Shown here in pieces: positions 61,901-64,000 of a DNA stretch of 64,000 nt. Every line of letters begins with the position of its first letter. Position 1 is the first letter of the stretch. Both the position numbers and the translations under genes were made by a program. Below the pieces are notes generated by a model. The model searched no databases. It saw only the letters and a list, made by a program, of their open reading frames with translations, and was not told the DNA's origin. The stretch is from Lingula anatina (Eukaryota; Animalia; Brachiopoda): positions 2,542,001-2,606,000 of the forward strand of contig CM120643.1 of assembly GCA_051362555.1 (NCBI GenBank). Direction: 5' to 3'.

Positions 61901-64000
61901 AGAATTGCTGAGTGGGTTCCTGGAACAGACTGGCCACCTCGTCCTGCTGGGAGGCTGGGGAAAACGTGGGATAGGTGTACGTTACACACAGGAAGTAAAT
62001 GGTGCAAAAATGAAAGTGAAACTGAAGATTATCCTTTTTTTTTCTCACTGGGCATTAAGATGTTCTTTTTTTTCCTCCTCACAAAGTTTTTTAGTTTTTT
62101 CTTTTCATTTTTAATATGTGGCCCCTCACAGAGTCTTTTATGCATTTTCTCTCTTTTTTTTTTTTTTTTTTTTTGTGGTCTCCTCAGACTTAAACTAATG
62201 AGTAATGAATTAAGCTAAGGTGGTTCTTCATATAAAATATCAGATTAGCTTTTCATCATGGGAGATCTCTTAAACCAAAATCATATTCTTAAATAAAGAA
62301 TCACAAATATGACAGAACTTGAAATGTACCAACCCCCCCCAGGAAGACTGATCTCCCCCTACCTTGGCGCAGTCTCTCCACATTTGGAGGCTGCTGCTGC
62401 TGTTGTTTTAGCGTGGCATTCATACTGAGGGCGCTGAGTGAGCGTGCTCCAGACGCCATGCTGGTCTGTATGCCCAGGCCACCAGAGGGCATGCTGGTCT
62501 GGATACCAAGGTCTGGAATAGTTACAAATATATTTCAGTATTGCAATTATATTAAACTATAGTAACATGTTACTTTTCTTATCGTAAGATCTATATTGTA
62601 CTGAATGTACTGACCGTTGAATTTACTCACCCTCAGTTACACTCACTTATACAGGCAATAAGATAATATTTTTGGCTCCCAAAAAGTCGGAAATCTTCCA
62701 CAAGTCATAAAAATCTCACTCCTGCTACTGACAGTGCCAGACCACTTACTTTGTAACTGTGAAGTCAAGTTCTGCATGGGGTTGGTCTGCATAGGGTTGA
62801 ACCCTGGCTGTGCAGGGGGCGTGGACTGAGAGACGTTCGGGAAATTCTTGGCTGGCGAGGCCGGGGTGCCACTCAGGGAGGCTGCTAGCCCCTGGGGGAA
62901 GCCTGGTCCACTGGGGAATCCCCCTGGGGGTGGTACCCCTAGTCCTGACAGAGGACCCAAGCTGGTCATGGGGTCCATCTGAAATATGAAGAGTTTCGTT
63001 AACTCAAGGTTAGACAAAGGATGTTTGCCAAAAATAAATAAATGAATAAATAAAAAAAGTTATGATAATAATAACAGTAAAAATAAACTTAAAATAAATA
63101 AATGTATAAATAAATAAATAAAATTAATTAATGATTAAATGAATAAATCATAAAAAATCAAAAAAAGAATCCACCAAAAATATCAACTTATTAATCAAAC
63201 TGTGGACCCAATGGATTTCCAAAATCATAAAAAACTATCACTAAACCCTTCATTTTAAGTGAAACCCCTCCATTTCCGACCCCTTCCCGTACCTGGTTCA
63301 GTCCTGTGGGTGGGGGACCTATGGGGGGTGTGACCCCTTTCCCTCCTACCACCCCCGGGGCTGTCTGTCTGGCCTTCTGGAGGATGTGGGAGGCATTTCC
63401 AAACATGGTGAGGATGTTCTCTGACAGCTCAGGACTCACATTTCTACAAACCAAGGTGCATTATATAAATATGGCGTCTGGTAATACATGAAATTAACTC
63501 GTGAACAAAATATATAGGCAATCTAATTGGGCACATTTTAATAAGACTTTATTTGGTAAAATGGTTGCTCAATATTGAATATTTAAAATCTTAATAACCC
63601 TGGATGTCCCAAAAATTTCTTGCAGAGACCCTTACTTCATTTTGGCAAAGATCATTACTTTCACAAGTCAGCAATACACAAAAAGACGATACCCAAATGA
63701 AATTGCTTGTCTAGGTTTTAATTGTAAAGAGTGACATGAAGAGCTTTTTTAAACACTGCTGATAGAACCCTGGTAACAAACAGCAAATTTCTTTGTATCC
63801 ACACACACAAACTCTTGTCACACACACATAAACAAGCACACACGCACACACACACACACACACGACCCGTATTCTTACCCAGCACACGCGTGCAGACAGG
63901 CCAACATGGTGGTCAGTGTCTCAGGTGGCAGCTGCTGACTCTTGGACTGTGGCTGGTCATCCTTCATCCCTGGACCAGTCAGCTGTGGACAGCGCCTCTT
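46975..64000 (-). CDS. CNOT1: CCR4-NOT complex subunit 1, 3' part (32 exons in window; 5' end lies beyond 64000)
   Basis: Conserved [69 protein letters not shown] and [24 protein letters not shown]. Exons 63879-64000, 63293-63443, 62750-62978, 62363-62512, 61767-61954, 61346-61470, 60749-60859, 59958-60231, 59530-59673, 59011-59190, 58617-58733, 57818-57928, 57311-57445, 56705-56860, 56120-56305, 55278-55418, 54800-54955, 54184-54429, 53479-53823, 52853-53001, 52254-52362, 52002-52106, 51384-51686, 50797-51030, 50310-50473, 49980-50097, 49694-49795, 49281-49538, 48655-48904, 48284-48416, 47521-47655, 46975-47065 (TAA). Confidence 0.97.
47368..47487. mobile_element. MITE family C copy (degenerate)
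   Basis: gggatgagac..gaaaagtcagaaaatatggcatggg..aaaatctcatc. Confidence 0.55.
47758..47795 (-). ncRNA. Minimal type I hammerhead ribozyme motif (intact copy, sense to CNOT1)
   Basis: Minus strand reads AAUCC-CUGAAGA-A-GGCC-UAGG-GGCU-GAAA-GC-UU-GGAUU: stem I AAUCC/GGAUU, CUGANGA core, stem II, GAAA, palindromic AAGCUU in place of helix III, and a UH site. Confidence 0.7.
47881..47918 (+). ncRNA. Minimal hammerhead motif, degenerate mirror copy
   Basis: AAUCC-CUGAAGA-A-GGCC-UGGG-GGCC-GAAA-UC-UU-GAAUU. Core and stem II are intact; the palindrome and stem I each carry one change. Confidence 0.55.
48057..48175 (-). ncRNA. Candidate intronic H/ACA snoRNA (copy 1)
   Basis: Sense to CNOT1. Hairpin CCCAGU..GCUGGG with internal pocket, H box AAAGUA (48107-48112), second hairpin UCUGU..GCAGG, then ACA (48060-48062) + UUU. 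The 5' hairpin is shared with 55718-55854. Confidence 0.65.
50089..50187. repeat. 2 x 49-bp tandem duplication spanning a CNOT1 3' splice site
   Basis: aagtattgctagaaagagaaacactggtt..agtattcaaca is repeated, creating a second ctttccag|CAATAC acceptor 49 nt upstream. Confidence 0.8.
52450..52590. mobile_element. MITE family A copy
   Basis: cattcagaaaag..tgcgtaatccc..aatctattcagtgtctaat..gcagcaagcttt..ggccatatttgatc. Confidence 0.7.
52694..52838 (-). mobile_element. tRNA-derived SINE fragment (resembles Meta-core SINEs)
   Basis: Minus strand: tggtagagtgctcgcc (box A-like) .. gggttcaatc (box B-like) .. ggtcataccaaagac .. tgcttagcactcggcagataaagg. Begins ~13 nt into the intron after the donor at 52852. 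Confidence 0.65.
55718..55854 (-). ncRNA. Candidate intronic H/ACA snoRNA (copy 2)
   Basis: Same 5' hairpin, H box AAAUGA (55787-55792), second hairpin UUCACA..UGUGAA, then ACA (55721-55723) + AUU. Confidence 0.65.
57568..57694. repeat. Intronic direct repeat, 2 copies ~74 bp apart
   Basis: gtaaacaaattct.caaat....gtaattatt....aaattcaaacaaaactgc occurs twice. Confidence 0.75.
58045..58260. mobile_element. MITE family B copy (TA-flanked, CATTCCCA/TGGGAATG TIRs)
   Basis: TA|agaccccattccca..tgggaatgcgccct|TA. Inverted homolog at 32349-32605 (shared taattacccc, acttaagccg and tctagtgaga blocks). Confidence 0.7.
59178..59363. repeat. ~3.3 x 53-63-bp tandem duplication spanning a CNOT1 3' splice site
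   Basis: gcagctcc..cctgtgtggg..aaacagaatatatac units start at 59178, 59232, 59295 and 59348. Confidence 0.85.
60243..60322. repeat. 22-bp minisatellite (taggtcaaaggtcatgaaaaac), ~3.5 copies
   Basis: Direct tandem units next to the acceptor of exon 59958-60231. Confidence 0.8.
62179..62265 (-). ncRNA. Candidate intronic C/D box snoRNA
   Basis: Minus strand: UCUCC-C-AUGAUGA (box C) .. CUGA (D') .. AUGAAGA (C') .. CUGA (D)-GGAGA. 5-bp terminal stem, 87 nt, sense to CNOT1. Confidence 0.8.

Overview
AT-rich, intron-rich eukaryotic genomic DNA from an invertebrate animal. A lophotrochozoan or mollusc is likely, but that is inferred from gene content and SINE type. Gene order: (1) last coding exon and long 3' UTR of an unidentified + strand gene, whose terminal exon is duplicated; (2) an 8-exon + strand gene (5941-16592) for a single-pass EGF/SEA-like receptor with a ~590-aa tyrosine-motif-rich tail; (3) an intronless, membrane-anchored chitin/polysaccharide deacetylase nested antisense in its first coding intron; (4) BRD7/9 (16 exons, - strand); (5) a bidirectional promoter and an SLC52A riboflavin transporter (+); (6) the 3' 32 exons of CNOT1 (-). 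Most notable non-coding features: a 222-bp palindrome in a CNOT1 intron with a minimal hammerhead-ribozyme motif in each arm and a captured copy of the neighbouring exon as its loop; three candidate intronic snoRNAs in CNOT1; an 8 x 114-bp array of duplicated 3' splice sites in BRD7/9 beside a 3.8-kb TTAA-flanked DNA transposon; and further 3'-splice-site duplications elsewhere in the window. All exon structures were assembled by eye from GT-AG signals and phase continuity. No searches were run.
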